From contig NW_027192203.1 of NCBI RefSeq assembly GCF_041956535.1, forward strand, positions 124,001 through 188,000: a DNA stretch of 64,000 bases, given 5' to 3'. This document shows positions 41,487 to 53,958 of the stretch, in pieces. The translations under genes were made by a program, and so were the position numbers. Below the pieces are notes generated by a model that saw nothing but the letters and a program-made list of their open reading frames with translations, did not search any database and was not told the DNA's origin. The DNA is from Calcarisporiella thermophila CBS 279.70. Its lineage: Eukaryota > Fungi > Calcarisporiellomycota. Position 1 is the stretch's first letter. Each line of letters opens with the position of its first letter.

Positions 41487-43167
41487 ATGTCTATATCAAG
41501 AGGGGAGTCCAACCTCTCGCTCCCCATCTTTGCCGTCGGTGCCTTCACCAAGGCCCGCTGGCTGCATCTCTTTGCATTCGCATTGCTCTCATTCACGTCG
41601 GCTTCCTTGTGGATTACGTTTGCGCCTCTCCTCTTCGTCTTCTCCTCCTACTACCATGTTTCCCCCGCCGCCATCAACTTCCTCTCGACTATCTACATGG
41701 TCACCTATCCTATCTTTTTCTATCCCGCCCTCCGGCTTTTCAGCGACGCGCAAAATGACTGCCTGGGCGGAGGGTTAAGAAGGGGCGTATTGGTGGGCGG
41801 GCTATTGAATGCGGCAGGCGCGGCCATTAGGTATGCCGGAAACAGCCTATTCGAGTGGGTGTTCATCGGCCAGATGGTGTGTGGGATTGCCCAGGTCTTT
41901 ATCCTGGCCGTCCCAACCCGGCTCTCGGCACGCGCTTTTCCGGCTTCGGAGAGGAACCTGGCAACATGCATCGGCATCGCAGCGAATAACTTGGGGGTCG
42001 CATTTGGCTACCTCTTCCCAACTCTGGTCATCCATCCGGAGACCGTTGCGGCCGATATCGAGCAATGTCTGTTCTACCAAGTAAGCGCGCTGACATGCCC
42101 CTCCCATATTCGCCCGCCCTAGCTTTCACGATTTGCTATTGCTCTAGTTCCTTATCTCCTTTACTATTTTGGTGGTCCTCGTGCTTGCCTTCTATCCGCC
42201 CCCAGAAGAAGACGAGTAAGTATAGCATGGCTTAATGAAGATTCCGTGGTCACTCCTAAACCCACTCTCGTACTTGTGTGTTGCTGTTAGCAGAGTAGAG
42301 GACGAGCGAGAACCGGCAAGCCCGAGCGCTTTGCTCATGAATCGTCCATTTGTGTCGCTAATGATATCCTATGGTACCTTAATTAAAACGATCTTCCCCG
42401 TTGTGCTCGACCTCATCTGAATCCTTGCCTTACATAGGTATCATTATTGGGGCACAATACGCAGTGACCACGCTTATATCTGAAATCTTTGCGATATTCG
42501 GAAGAGAAGTCGAGGTACCCCTCCCATACTTGCTTATTTTACTCTTCGGTCCCTCCCCCCTTTCCAATCATGGGTGATCGCCTTCTTCTGCTCACACTTT
42601 CTTTTTTTAAGAGAACTTTGGGAATTTTGGGCTTTAGCTTGGTGGTAATAGGCGTGGCTAGCTCCCTGGTAGTCAGCGTATATCTGGATCGCACCAACTC
42701 CCATAAACCTGTGTGCCGGTGGCTCTACGGATGCAGCATCGTCAGCCTGGTGGTCTTGAATGGGTCGCTCGAAATTCAAAGCATTAGTCTTGCCTATCTT
42801 TCTTGGTAAATGCATCCACCCCGTCTTTAAAACGGCCATTGGCCATGGATGCTAATGCACCTACACCCTCATGCCTATCTCCAGTATCCTCTTTGGGATT
42901 TTCACTTACTCTATCTCTCCCGCTATCTTTGAATTCGCCGGCCGATCCTACGCCCTGAGTGAAGTTGCCACGGGCGGGTTCCTCATGTCCTCGTCTCAGG
43001 TTTTTGCCATTGCTAGCATCTTCCTCATGGACAGTACGCCTACGTCGGAAGGCTTCGTGATGCGGGTACCCCTCTGGATTCTCACTGGCATGCTCGCCAT
43101 CGGCCTAGGGTTCCAGTGGTCCTTTGGAGAGGAGGGCGGCAAGGCGTTAGACGATATCCTGCGGTGA
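41487..43167 (+). CDS. MFS transporter, FLVCR/SLC49-like; multi-exon
   Basis: 'WITFAP', 'GQMVCGIAQVFILAVPTRLSARAFPASERNLAT.IG...NNLGVAFG', 'YLDRT', about 12 hydrophobic segments. Confidence 0.85.
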
Positions 43168-43860
43168 TCTTTATTGTATTATTACTTGCACACACTCCCT
43201 CCCCTATTCGGGCTCTCCATCTAGGTGTACTATTATTGTGGATTGAATTATGTGTGGTCATTATTCTTCATGGTTTCTCCCTATTTGCATGTGCATCTCT
43301 ATTTCATATTCCAAACTGTGCTGCCTTCCCCTGGCAATAAAAGGATTCCAGCATGGTGTGGCAATCTGGCGCGGTGTGGCCCATCCTGCCCCCGACCCTG
43401 CAGGCGGAGAATCAAAAGCGGGGTTGCCAGATATTTTTGGGCCTGGCATGAAGCAGCTCAATCAGGGGGACCCCTACCTGAGTTTTTGAGCCGAACAGCG
43501 CACAATTTAAATGAATAACCCATTTTTGAATTCCAGATAAGCCACGTTTCTTTTGGTATTTTCTCTTCCTTCGGCCGCTGGTTGAAAATCTCCTAAGATT
43601 GCAATCGTCGTTTGGATTCGCACGGTGGATGCCGATTGAGGATTTTGCACTGGCTTTCCTAGATGTCTAATTGAGCCCTTGTCCTTACTGCTTGCTTTCA
43701 CTCTCCTTTCGCTTACTACTCGCCCTCCTCTTCCTCCCCCCCCTATTTTGGCCCTTATTCTGACTGAAGTGCTTTGCGCTTATACTTATTTTTAGCTCCT
43801 TCCCTTTCCTCTCCCTTTTAAGCCAAACTAAAAAAAAAAAAATAAGAGAAAATCATCGCG

Positions 43861-45466
43861 ATGATAGACGACAAATACATCGGATTGCTGCTGGCCATCT
43901 CGAGCTCGTTGCTGATCGGAGTGAGCTTCATCATCACAAAAAAGGGATTAATCGAATCCACTGGCGATGGCCGGAACGGTTGGTTTCCATACTGCCTTCA
44001 TCTCCCTGCTTGGGCGCTAACCAGAGCATGGCCCATCCGGTGCTTGCTCCACTGTGTTCATGTTTCTAGGAACCGCGGGGGATTCGTTTGCCTACCTGCA
44101 GAATTCCCTGTGGTGGCTGGGAATGATTACAAGTAAACCCATGAGCTTGCTTTTATATACCCTCCCATGTCCTCATGACTGAACCTCTGCGTTCCCCTCG
44201 TGAATAGTGGCCCTGGGTGAAGTTGCCAACTTTGCGGCTTATTCGTTCGCGCCTCCGATCCTTGTGACCCCGCTGGGTGCATTGAGCGTGCTCATCGGGT
44301 ATATTTCGCCGTCCTTGCTATCCTTGTTGAGGAAGTATACTAATGGCTTGGTTCCTCTGCTGATGGTTTCATTATAGGGCTATATTGGCTTCGTTCCTAC
44401 TGAAGGAAGAGCTCGGCCATATAGGCAAGGTTGGATGCATGCTCTGCCTGATTGGATCGGCGATTATAGTGTTCCACGCTCCTGAGGATAAGGTATGCAT
44501 GCTGGATAGGCTTGCGGTGAGGTCCAATCATTTCCGCTGACGCTTGCGTTCCTTCCCTGCAGGATATCCAAACGGTGGACGAGATTCTTCACTATGCCGT
44601 GCAGCCTGGTAAGTCTCCTTCCCCCAGCTCTCCCCACTTATCCACCCATCTCAACCGCCTCTTTGCGTATCCCCAGGCTTCCTCGTCTACCTCCTCTCCG
44701 TTTTTTGCTTCACCGTCTTCATGGTGTACCGCATTTCCCCCAAGTATGGAAAGAAGAATCCGCTCGTCTATCTCTCCATCTGCTCCCTCGTAGGCTCGAT
44801 CTCAGTCATGTCCGTGAAAGGCTTTGGAATTGCCCTCAAACTGACGCTTGCGGGCAACAACCAGTTTTCCCACCCGTCGACGTACGTGTTTGCGCTGGTG
44901 ACCGCCTGTGCCATCATCATCCAAATGAACTACTTCAACAAGGCCTTGGACTGCTTCTCGACAAGCGTGTAAGTACTCAGAGGCGGAACTTTTTTTTTTG
45001 GTGTTCCCGCTGGCTTCGACGGCTAACCTCGCTGTCCCCAAACAGGGTCAACCCGATTTACTACGTGTTCTTCACCACCGCCACCATCATAGCGTCGGTC
45101 ATCCTCTTCCAGGGCATCAACCAAACCAACACGGTCAACGTCATCTCCCTCATTTGTGGCTTCCTCACGATCTTTGCCGGCGTCTATCTTCTCAACTCGA
45201 CACGCACCACCAACAACGCGCGCGAGTCGGCCATGCTCGACAAGCTGCCTCGGCCCAGCCTCAGCATCGGTAGGCACTCGCTGGGCGGCCGTGGCTCCAT
45301 CGAGCACTCGAGGAGGAGAAGCGGATCGATGGCGACCAGCGAGGCCGTGCTGCTCAAGGCCTATGAGGAGGAGCAGCTGGGGCTGACCGCGATCCAGGAG
45401 TCGGATCCCGAGGACGACGGGCGGATTGAATTGGAATCGTTGCAGGTGCATGGAGCACGCAACTAA
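43861..45466 (+). CDS. NIPA-family Mg2+ transporter (DUF803); multi-exon
   Basis: '[27 protein letters not shown]', '[25 protein letters not shown]', 'QMNYFNKAL', '[10 protein letters not shown]'. Confidence 0.95.
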
Positions 45467-46020
45467 CTCGCACGACAAAACAGTCATCGCTGTGTTTCTC
45501 CCCCATGATGAAGGGGACTTTGGATGGGAAGTGTTTTGATTGGATAGGATAGGACACATTTGGACTTGGTTTTGTTTGATGCTTATTTCCTTGAGAGTGA
45601 AAAGAGCAGAAATGGCTGGCACTTTTCTCTGTTCTTTTTTTTTTCATTTCTTATTTTCTTTTTGCTCTTTTGATCGCTCTTTTTTTTTTCCGTCGTCGTT
45701 GCTTTTCCATATATATTGTTTCTTCCTTTGTACTTTCGTTCCATACGAATGTACAATACCCCCCTCCCAATCTTTTCCGTTTTTTGTTTTTCTCAACATT
45801 CCTCCTCCTCCCCTCCTCCCCCAGGGAGCATTTTCTACTCCCACATCCCCCTCTTTGTTTCGGTTCTTTTTATTATTTCTCTTTGTTCTTGTAAAAATAT
45901 TTGGATAGCTTTCTCTTTTTTTTTATTATTATTATTAAAAATTGTGTACTGTGGAAAGATAGTGGAGAGGAGGGGGGGGGGAATAGGCAAAAAAATAAAA
46001 CTCACAGTCGAGCATTTGAT

Positions 46021-48161
46021 TTAGGCTAACCCCATCTCCTCCTTTGCCTCTTGCAAAGCCTTCTCCGAGCATTCTCCGCCTTCCCGTTCAAACTCGGCGG
46101 CCAACACCCGCCACAAGCCATCCCTCTCCTCCCCGGGAGCCACTCTCCTCTGATAGTCCCGGAAATTTCGCAGGAGGGCGCGCAACACCCATCTCCGCTG
46201 AAGTCCCCCGCTCACGGGCGCACGAAACACTAGCGTCTCCATGACCACCTCGAATGTGCGCTGGTCGGGCATGGCACGGGCCCGCATGTGCTCGTAGAGC
46301 GAAAGGGCGGCGGGAAAATCGCCCCCCTGGAGCAGCGTGCGCAGCACCACGTTGAGCTGCGATGTGGTGAGGTTCAGCGACTTGTCTTGCACAAAGAATC
46401 GAAACAGCTCTCTCGGTCGTGTGGTCACCCTCCCCCCTCCCTCCTCCCTCCCCCCGCTCCCCCCTCATCCTGGCTCGGGCCGGAATCCGCTGCGCCTCGC
46501 GACGCGGGCCGCGGGACGGCCGCTCGCGGCGCCATGACCCGTCCCAACGCGGAGAATACGGTGCCCACCGTGTACAGGTCCGGCGCCACCCCCACCTTCT
46601 CCATCACCTCCAGGATCTCGAGGGCCTTGCGCGGCCACCCCCCCGCCACATAGGCCCGCATCAGCGTATTGCACGCCACGGTGGTCGGGCCCAGCCCCTC
46701 CCTCAGCATCCGATCGAAGATCTGCACCGCCCCCTTGAGATCGCCGGCTCTCGTGTGTGCCCTGAGCAGCGCCCCGTACGTGTACTCGTTGGGCTTGAGG
46801 CCGCGCGAACGCATCTCCGCCACATACGTGTGCGCCTTGGGGAGGAGCCGGGGGTTGTCGGAGAGGGCGTGGATCAGGGTGCTGTAGATAACCTCGTTGG
46901 GGGGGATCCCCGACGCGAGCATCTCGTGAAACGCGCGCTCGGTCATCTCGGCGTCGCCGAGTTCTGCGAGCTGCTTCAAGAGGATTGAGTAGAACACAAC
47001 GTCACGCCCCCCTTCCTCCTCTCTCCCCTCCGCCTGCGTCGGCCGGGGGGCGAGGGTCGATGCGGGCTCGGCGGCCGAGCTCTTCTTCGAAAGGAGCATG
47101 GAGAGCACCGTCAGGTCCGGGGGGATCTTCAGATCGACCGAATCCCTCCAGATCTTCTCCGCGATGTCCATCCGCCCTGCCTGCACGAAGCTCGCCAGGA
47201 TCGCGCGGAAGCTCTGGCACATGTTCGACCACACCCGTCCCCTGCGCACGAACTCCATCAGCTCGTGGTGGTAGTAGTGTTCGGCCAGATCCGGCCGATG
47301 CGAGCGGTTGCATCCCACAATCATCGCAACATAAGTGCCAGCGTTGGGCCGCACGGGCATCTCCTTGAAAATACGCTCGGCGCGGGAAAGCTGGCCCAGC
47401 GCACAGAGGGCCTCCAGCACCAAGTTGTAGTGTCCAGCGCTAGCTGGCACCCTCTCACGGATCATCGAACCAAAGGCCTCCACCGCCTTCTCCGCCTCGC
47501 CCAAGTTCAACCAACACCGCATCAGTACATACCAGTCCGAGGACGTTGTATGATCCAGGGCAGTGAACATGTCGCGGGTGATGGTGAGGCGGTGGCGGGA
47601 ACGGGAGGGCTCGGGGAGGTGCAGCTGGGTCCAGCGAGCCCGGGTGTAGATGGACCGTGGCAACTGCCGGAGTTTGCCGGGTCTGAGGGAAGAATAAGCT
47701 CGCCAAATTGCAGCGGGATCAATCACGGGGGAATAGAGCAGCGAGGTGAGATGGGCCATGTCTGGATCCTTGGAATCGACAGGCATTTCGGAATCGATGT
47801 CCTCTACTTCTTCTTCTTCCTCCTCCTCCTCCTCCTCCTCTTCCGCTCGTACTTCTGCCTCTGCATCCGCCTCACGCCTCTCCTCACTTTGCAAACGTTT
47901 TTCCTCGGCATGAGTATTATCAGAAGAGCCACTTGCTCTATTTCGGTGAGGATTATTCAGCGCTGCATCTTGCGAGAGCACCGAATAATGGGCCATTCTT
48001 CGAGGAGAGAACGCCAGTGGCTGCCATAATCGGGATGGATTGAAAGGAAGCGTGGAGAGTCGACGCGACTCAGGGGCGCGCCTGTCATTGTGACGAAACG
48101 AGCGCCAGAGATGTATGGCTATTCTTCGTCGGCAATCCAGGCATATTCTTGCTGTCGCCAT
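46021..48161 (-). CDS. Mitochondrial pentatricopeptide-repeat (PPR) protein; apparent frameshift near 46430-46465
   Basis: Arg-rich presequence; repeated 35-aa units (e.g. 'PNEYTYGALLRAHTRAGDLKGAVQIFDRMLREGLG'); a further PPR-like unit lies in shifted ORF 46021..46428. Confidence 0.88.
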
Positions 48162-48611
48162 AATGAGCTTAATGATTAAAGGAGGAAATAGCGGTACAAA
48201 GGGTAGTAAATTATACCCAGTCCATTGTTGACAGTCCCAATCTAGCCAAGCCGGGGGGATTCGACTCGATTGTATTTTGGAATTTACCTTCAATCCTCGC
48301 CTAACTTGCACACACTTTTTTTCCCCCACTTGGTGATGAAGCAGGAGCTGGAACAGGCTAGACCAATATTTATGTACAAAATGCATATCTTTGTTGAAGT
48401 GGCGTGAAGGGGGGGGGGGGGAGGGAAGTCAAGTAGATACAAGGGTCAAGCAAACAAGCAGAGGACAATAATGGAAACATGAGAGCACATACACTGTAAA
48501 TTAGGGAAAATGCCAAGGGTGAAAGAATGAAATAAACACAGATTACACTAAAAGGAAAAAAGACAAAAAGTTACTCCTCAATCGCGCATGAGAAGTGAGG
48601 GGAAGGAGATA

Positions 48612-50963
48612 TCATTCCAGGTTTCTACTCATCTCCATGAGCTTCTCCTCTATCCCCTCATACTCCACGGCCGCCAACCGGCCCTCCACGATACGAGCTA
48701 CGGCGCTCATGCGCTCTTCAAATCCGCTCTTCCATTTCACGGTGATTCGCTCCGCCACCGCCTCCACGTCCCGCTGCATCTTGTCGACGTATTCGGTGAT
48801 CCGCCTCAGCTTGTTCACGCTCACCAGCTTCTCCTCGCCCACACTCCCGCGGTTCAGGAAGGTTGGATTGCCGGCATCCAAGAAGAGAAGATCCTTCACC
48901 ACCACGGGCAAGAACGGTATCCCCCTTTGCGCCACCTGACGGTACTGGCACATGTTCGACCGCAGCTCCAGCAGCCTCTCGAGGCGCTGCAGCGCCTTGC
49001 GGGACTTCGGGGCACGTNNNNNNNNNNNNNNNNNNNNNNNNNNNNNNNNNNNNNNNNNNNNNNNNNNNNNNNNNNNNNNNNNNNNNNNNNNNNNNNNNNN
49101 NNNNNNNNNNNNNNNNNNNNNNNNNNNNNNNNNNNNNNNNNNNNNNNNNNNNNNNNNNNNNNNNNNNNNNNNNNNNNNNNNNNNNNNNNNNNNNNNNNNN
49201 NNNNNNNNNNNNNNNNNNNNNNNNNNNNNNNNNNNNNNNNNNNNNNNNNNNNNNNNNNNNNNNNNNNNNNNNNNNNNNNNNNNNNNNNNNNNNNNNNNNN
49301 NNNNNNNNNNNNNNNNNNNNNNNNNNNNNNNNNNNNNNNNNNGGGCCCACGTGCGATCGAGCCGGGCGATGGGGGTTGCGATCAGCCCCGAGATAACGAG
49401 CAGGGTGGCGTGATAGTCCTCGAACTCGAGATTCTGCTTGGCCAGGTCCACGAATTGCGTGATTTGCTTGGCGCGCAGCTGCGGCGTCGCGTGCTGAAGA
49501 ATCTCGAAGGACACCCAGTGGGAGAGTCGGTTTGCGCGCTGGGTCAGCGGGTCGAAGGTTCCAAGGCCCGAGTATTGCTGGCATAGCGAGGGATCATTCT
49601 TGGGGATTCCCTTGCGATTCCACCAGCCGGTGTAGAATTCGTAGCGCGTGATGCTACGAAACGACTGCACGTTGGACAGGGTGAGGTGGTGGGCGATCTC
49701 CTTCGGCTTGAGGGAGAGCAGCTCGGGGTACTGGTCCAAGTGGTGGTAGGTCGGAAGCGAGTTCATCGCCGACTGGCGAATCACCAGCAGCCCTTGCCTC
49801 TGGAGATGGCGGCGGGGGAGAGAAAGACAAACAATGGTGAGAGCCATGTCCGCGCAAGTCCCCTCATCCAAATCACTTACCCTGGCATCAATCATCCATC
49901 GGATCTGCCGCCCCTCCTTAGCGAACCCGGCCCTCCCCACGCTCCCATCCAAAAACTGGACCAGCCGCCGCAATACCACTCCATTGTCAAGGAAGTCCTC
50001 GGGGCGCAGCTCGACCCACCGTTGGATCACCGCAATGATGCGCTCCTGCACCCTGCTCATGAAAAAGATCCAACGAACGGAATTCTGGGGAGGTTTCGGA
50101 GGCGGCAGGAAGCAGGTGGGCGGGTCATGGAAGCGGGCAATCAGGCCCGCCATGAGGGCCGTGCTCGGGAGAAACCAAGTATGGGTCTGGAGGAGGGTGT
50201 CGGTGAGCGCACGGTCCGCCGTGGGGGTTGGGGGGGTGGTGCGGGGCTGAGCGAGGAGGTCGAGAAGGGCTTCTGGGGTGGCCGCGAGCAAATATTCCCT
50301 ACGGGTTTCAAAATGGAAGAAATGAAAATTAAGATTCTGGAGCGAGGTTAGGTTAGCGGCTCCTTACCTTCCCTCGCGGACCTCGTTGATCATTCTACCA
50401 CACGCCGACTCCACCCGGTAGCAGGCCATCTCCTTGAGGGGATACGGCAGATGATCATGGCTGCCGAAGCGGCGCAGTTTCTCTATCAGGCTTCGGAGCG
50501 ACGAGGTAGACGCATTGGAGCACACGCTCTGCGCGTCCATCGGCTTACTTGCTAGCGGCGAGCGCCGAGGAAGCGAGAAGGAGGGACGCGCCCGTGTCCG
50601 AGACACGTCCTGAAGCTTGGAAATCGTTGCGGATAGCGAAGGCATGGCGAGCTCTGGGATATATGCTTGCCTCGTGGGCGTCTGGCCCGGCTCTATGCCC
50701 CCCAGAGCATTCTCCAGCGAGCTTGCTTTGGCCTGGCCCCGGTGGAGACAATCGGGCTCCTTTGAGGCCAAGGGCGAGGAGGCAGACGAGTCCCATGGCG
50801 GCGGCGGGAGGGGCGAATAGCTTGGGGCTCCATGCTCCGTGGAGTTGGAGAGGGGCGTTGGCTTGGAGAGGGTGCCATTGCAGCTGTAGTTGGTGGTCTT
50901 GGCTATGTCTATGGTGTTGCGATGGAATTGAAATGGGGGGATGAGGACGGACATGGAGGCCAA
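48612..50963 (-). CDS. RasGEF (REM + CDC25 domain); 3 exons; interrupted by N gap
   Basis: REM 'LAATPEALLDLL...IQRWVELRPEDF'; CDC25 'EIAHHLTL', 'NRLSHWVSFEIL', 'IARLDRTW', 'IPFLPVVVKDLLFLDAGN', 'VNKLR'. Confidence 0.9.
49018..49342. other. Assembly gap (325 N)
   Basis: Run of N directly visible. Confidence 1.
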
Positions 50964-51780
50964 GGATGCGCAGAAAGAATGAGGGGCGCAAGAGGAGGAG
51001 CAATGGGGGGGGGGGGGGAGAGAGGGGAGGGGAGGAAAGAGGGGAAAACGAGCGAGGCCTTCCTTCGCGCGAGTGGGCTTGTCAAGAAATTAAACTGGAA
51101 AAATGGGAGAGGCCGCAGGCGATTAAAACCTTATCCTGCTGCTGCACCCACAAAAACGTGCACCAGGCCAAACCCACCCTTCGAGGTTTGCTGAGCAAAT
51201 CGCCGGTTTGGGCCACGCGCTCCACGGCTCTGATCCAAACCCGAATGCGGCCAAAAAGGAATAGGCCTCCTCCTAACCGGGCCTATCTGATCCCCCCCCG
51301 CATGGCAAGCCGCCCATCTTCCCATTCTCTCCTCTCGAGCGGCGTCTCCCGTCGCCCCCGCCCTCACGCGCTTGCTAGCAGTCGCTCGATGCGCGCACCG
51401 CCCTCCGCCGGCGGGTTTGGCCGATCGCACGGCTGGACCGGTTTGAGTAGCGACAAATAGAAAGCTCCAGCACCGCAAGGAGCCAGGCCCTGATTCGGCT
51501 ACAGGGCCGCAAGCCGAAAGAGTCGAGTTCCCAGCCTCTGACGACAATGCCATGTCAGAGAAACGACGGATATCCGGATGCGGGAAATTGGACTCCACTC
51601 TTTCCTTTTTCTCTCGCCGCTTGTTTTCCCCCCTCATCCCACATTCCCATTTCCTCTTCTCCTGGCTTTGTCTTGCTTTTGTGGCGCAGCATCTCTTCTC
51701 TGTCTCTGGGGAATGGCCTGGGCGCGGCATGAGGATGCATACGTGGGGGATCGTCGGAGCTGGATCCAGGGCGGTTGTTT

Positions 51781-51858
51781 TTTTTTCGCGATTAGAGCCA
51801 CGTAAAAACGCGAAGGTCAATTTGAAAAATAAGGCAAGGTTGACCTGTGAGGCGCGAA
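51781..51858. promoter_or_regulatory. Cluster of CGCG-core MCB/SCB/E2F-like elements
   Basis: TTTTCGCG (51783-51790), ACGCGAA (51808-51814) and GGCGCGAA (51851-51858), all within 115 bp of ATG 51895. Confidence 0.5.
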
Positions 51859-51894
51859 TAAGCTCGACGCTTCGAAATCTGCCTTCCCATTCCT

Positions 51895-53550
51895 ATGGAC
51901 CCTTCGCCCAACCCGACGGCCCATGCAAGCCCCAAGGGGAAGGCAGCTTGGGCCGGCCTCCTGAAACCTCAGGCCTCCCCAAAACGCAAACATTCCGAGC
52001 TAGATTCGCGATCGCCCAAATCGCGCTCCGTGGCCGAAATGGACTGGATCATGTGTCCCGCTTGCGGCCGTAAGGTGAAGCATTCGCATCTGAACATTCA
52101 CCTTGATCTAGATTGCTCGAGTGCGGGTAGCGCTAAATCAACCACCATGGCTAGGGGACACGCCACCGTGGAGAGGGAGGCGACCGAAACGGCCGCAAAA
52201 ACTTCATTGTCTGATCGTCATGATGCCCCGGTCACATCATCGCCTTCCAGTGCTGATACATCACCCGATGATGGAGGAGCGGCGCCGGCGGCTACCAGCG
52301 CTCTAAGCAATTCTGACCATGACTCTTCGCCCGCAAAACAGATCCGCTCGACTACTCCATCCACTCATCGCCGCTCGTCTAGCACTCTCCACACATTTCT
52401 GGGACTGAATGACTATGCTCCCCCTCCTTACTTCCATCTCTCCATGTCCGCTGAAAACCAGCCTCGAGCGGCCTTCACACGCACCCCCCCTGAAAATCCC
52501 TCTTTTCAATGCACATTACGATGGCGGGAGGCCGGCCGCGATCTCCCGCTCCACCTAAGTGCAGAGATCGAGAGCGAGGCCGGGATACCGGTCGAGACGC
52601 AGTACACCAACGTGCCCCTGTTGAAGAGCCATCTGCAGAAATGCGTCCGAAGACAACGCGTAGACTTGGCGGTGCGTACCGCGTGGCATCTGGCTAAGAT
52701 GGACTTTAATGGGCTTTTACGTAGACTCCCCATCATCATGCTGGTATGGGTCGAGATGGATGGGATACACCCTGCTCAATCACTAACTGACCAGGATATT
52801 CTCTCCGTCGCATGCTACTGTAGGAGGACGTAACCCTGCACGTCTCGCTCCCCGTGGTGGTGTGGTACATGGCGGCCAACTCTAAAGGCTTCCATTCTGC
52901 CAAACTGACGGAGTGGCTGCTTGGTTTGGTGCACGCGCTGGCGTCGCATCCAGTGGCCGACCAACCGCTCTGCGGTGGGGTCCCGCAAGTGCAGGTGTTG
53001 TCTCGGGCCGTGGCCACCGCCGAGTACGTGAATGGAGAGGTGGGACGAGACCTGCTGTATTCTATGGCCCTGCGCAGGGCATTTGGCGGGATGAAAGGTC
53101 GGTAGTTGCTGATAGTTCCTCCCCCCCCCCCCCCTCCCAACAAAACAGAGGCCTAATTTGCTCACACTCATAGGGGACATGATGATGATGACGGATTATA
53201 TAAATCTATGGCATCACCGCTTCCTCAACCCACCCTTTGACGAGGGGCTATTAGCGCACGGGGTCGAGCCGATCGACCCCCTTTCGCTTCGCCCTCTCCG
53301 CACCCGGGAATGGGAGCTGGCCGCCGTCGACTTCCACTGCTCCAGCATCATCGACCAAATGCTAGAGGTCTCGCCGGAGGCCCGCAAAATAGGCGGGCAA
53401 TCCCTTAAGGGGATCATGTGGAGATGTTCATCAGGAATAAATACTCGAGTGAAGCGGGAATCGGGAGAAGAGGAGTCGAGCATTTGGGATAAGCTATGGC
53501 AGGAGGTGGGGAGAGAGATTGCCTACCGTTTCTTGGAGGCTAGAAAGTGA
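51895..53550 (+). CDS. UBZ4 (Rad18-type) zinc-finger protein with MgsA/RarA-C-like helical domain; 3 exons
   Basis: 'CPACGRKV...LNIHLDLDC'; 'LLKSHLQKCVRR...AV..AWHL...LLRRLPIIML|EDV'; exons 51895..52743, 52824..53097, 53174..53550. Confidence 0.7.
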
Positions 53551-53958
53551 GCAACCGTCTGGTATAGAGGCTGACTTTTCGCTTGGTTTGCTTGGCAATC
53601 AGGATTGTACCATATCCTAAACTTGCAATTATAATCTCTTTGTTTATATATGAATGAAGAGATTGGCATTATTACTATAAAGCTAATCATGACACATCTT
53701 CACCACCATAACCATCCACCGCAAACAAATTAGGAAGCACTTTAGGCCATGGCCAAGTGAATTTTGATGAATTATATCACATAAAAGGAATCGGCACCAT
53801 CCCCCCCCCCCCTACTGCCCCCTCCTTCCTCCCCCTCCCCTCGTCCTCCACTTCGCATCAAATAAAAAAAACATTATTTTCGTTTTTTTACTACCAGCAT
53901 ATCCCCCCTCCCCCCTTTGTTTTTGCTTTGGGAGAGGATAGGCCCACCGCCAGGAGCC

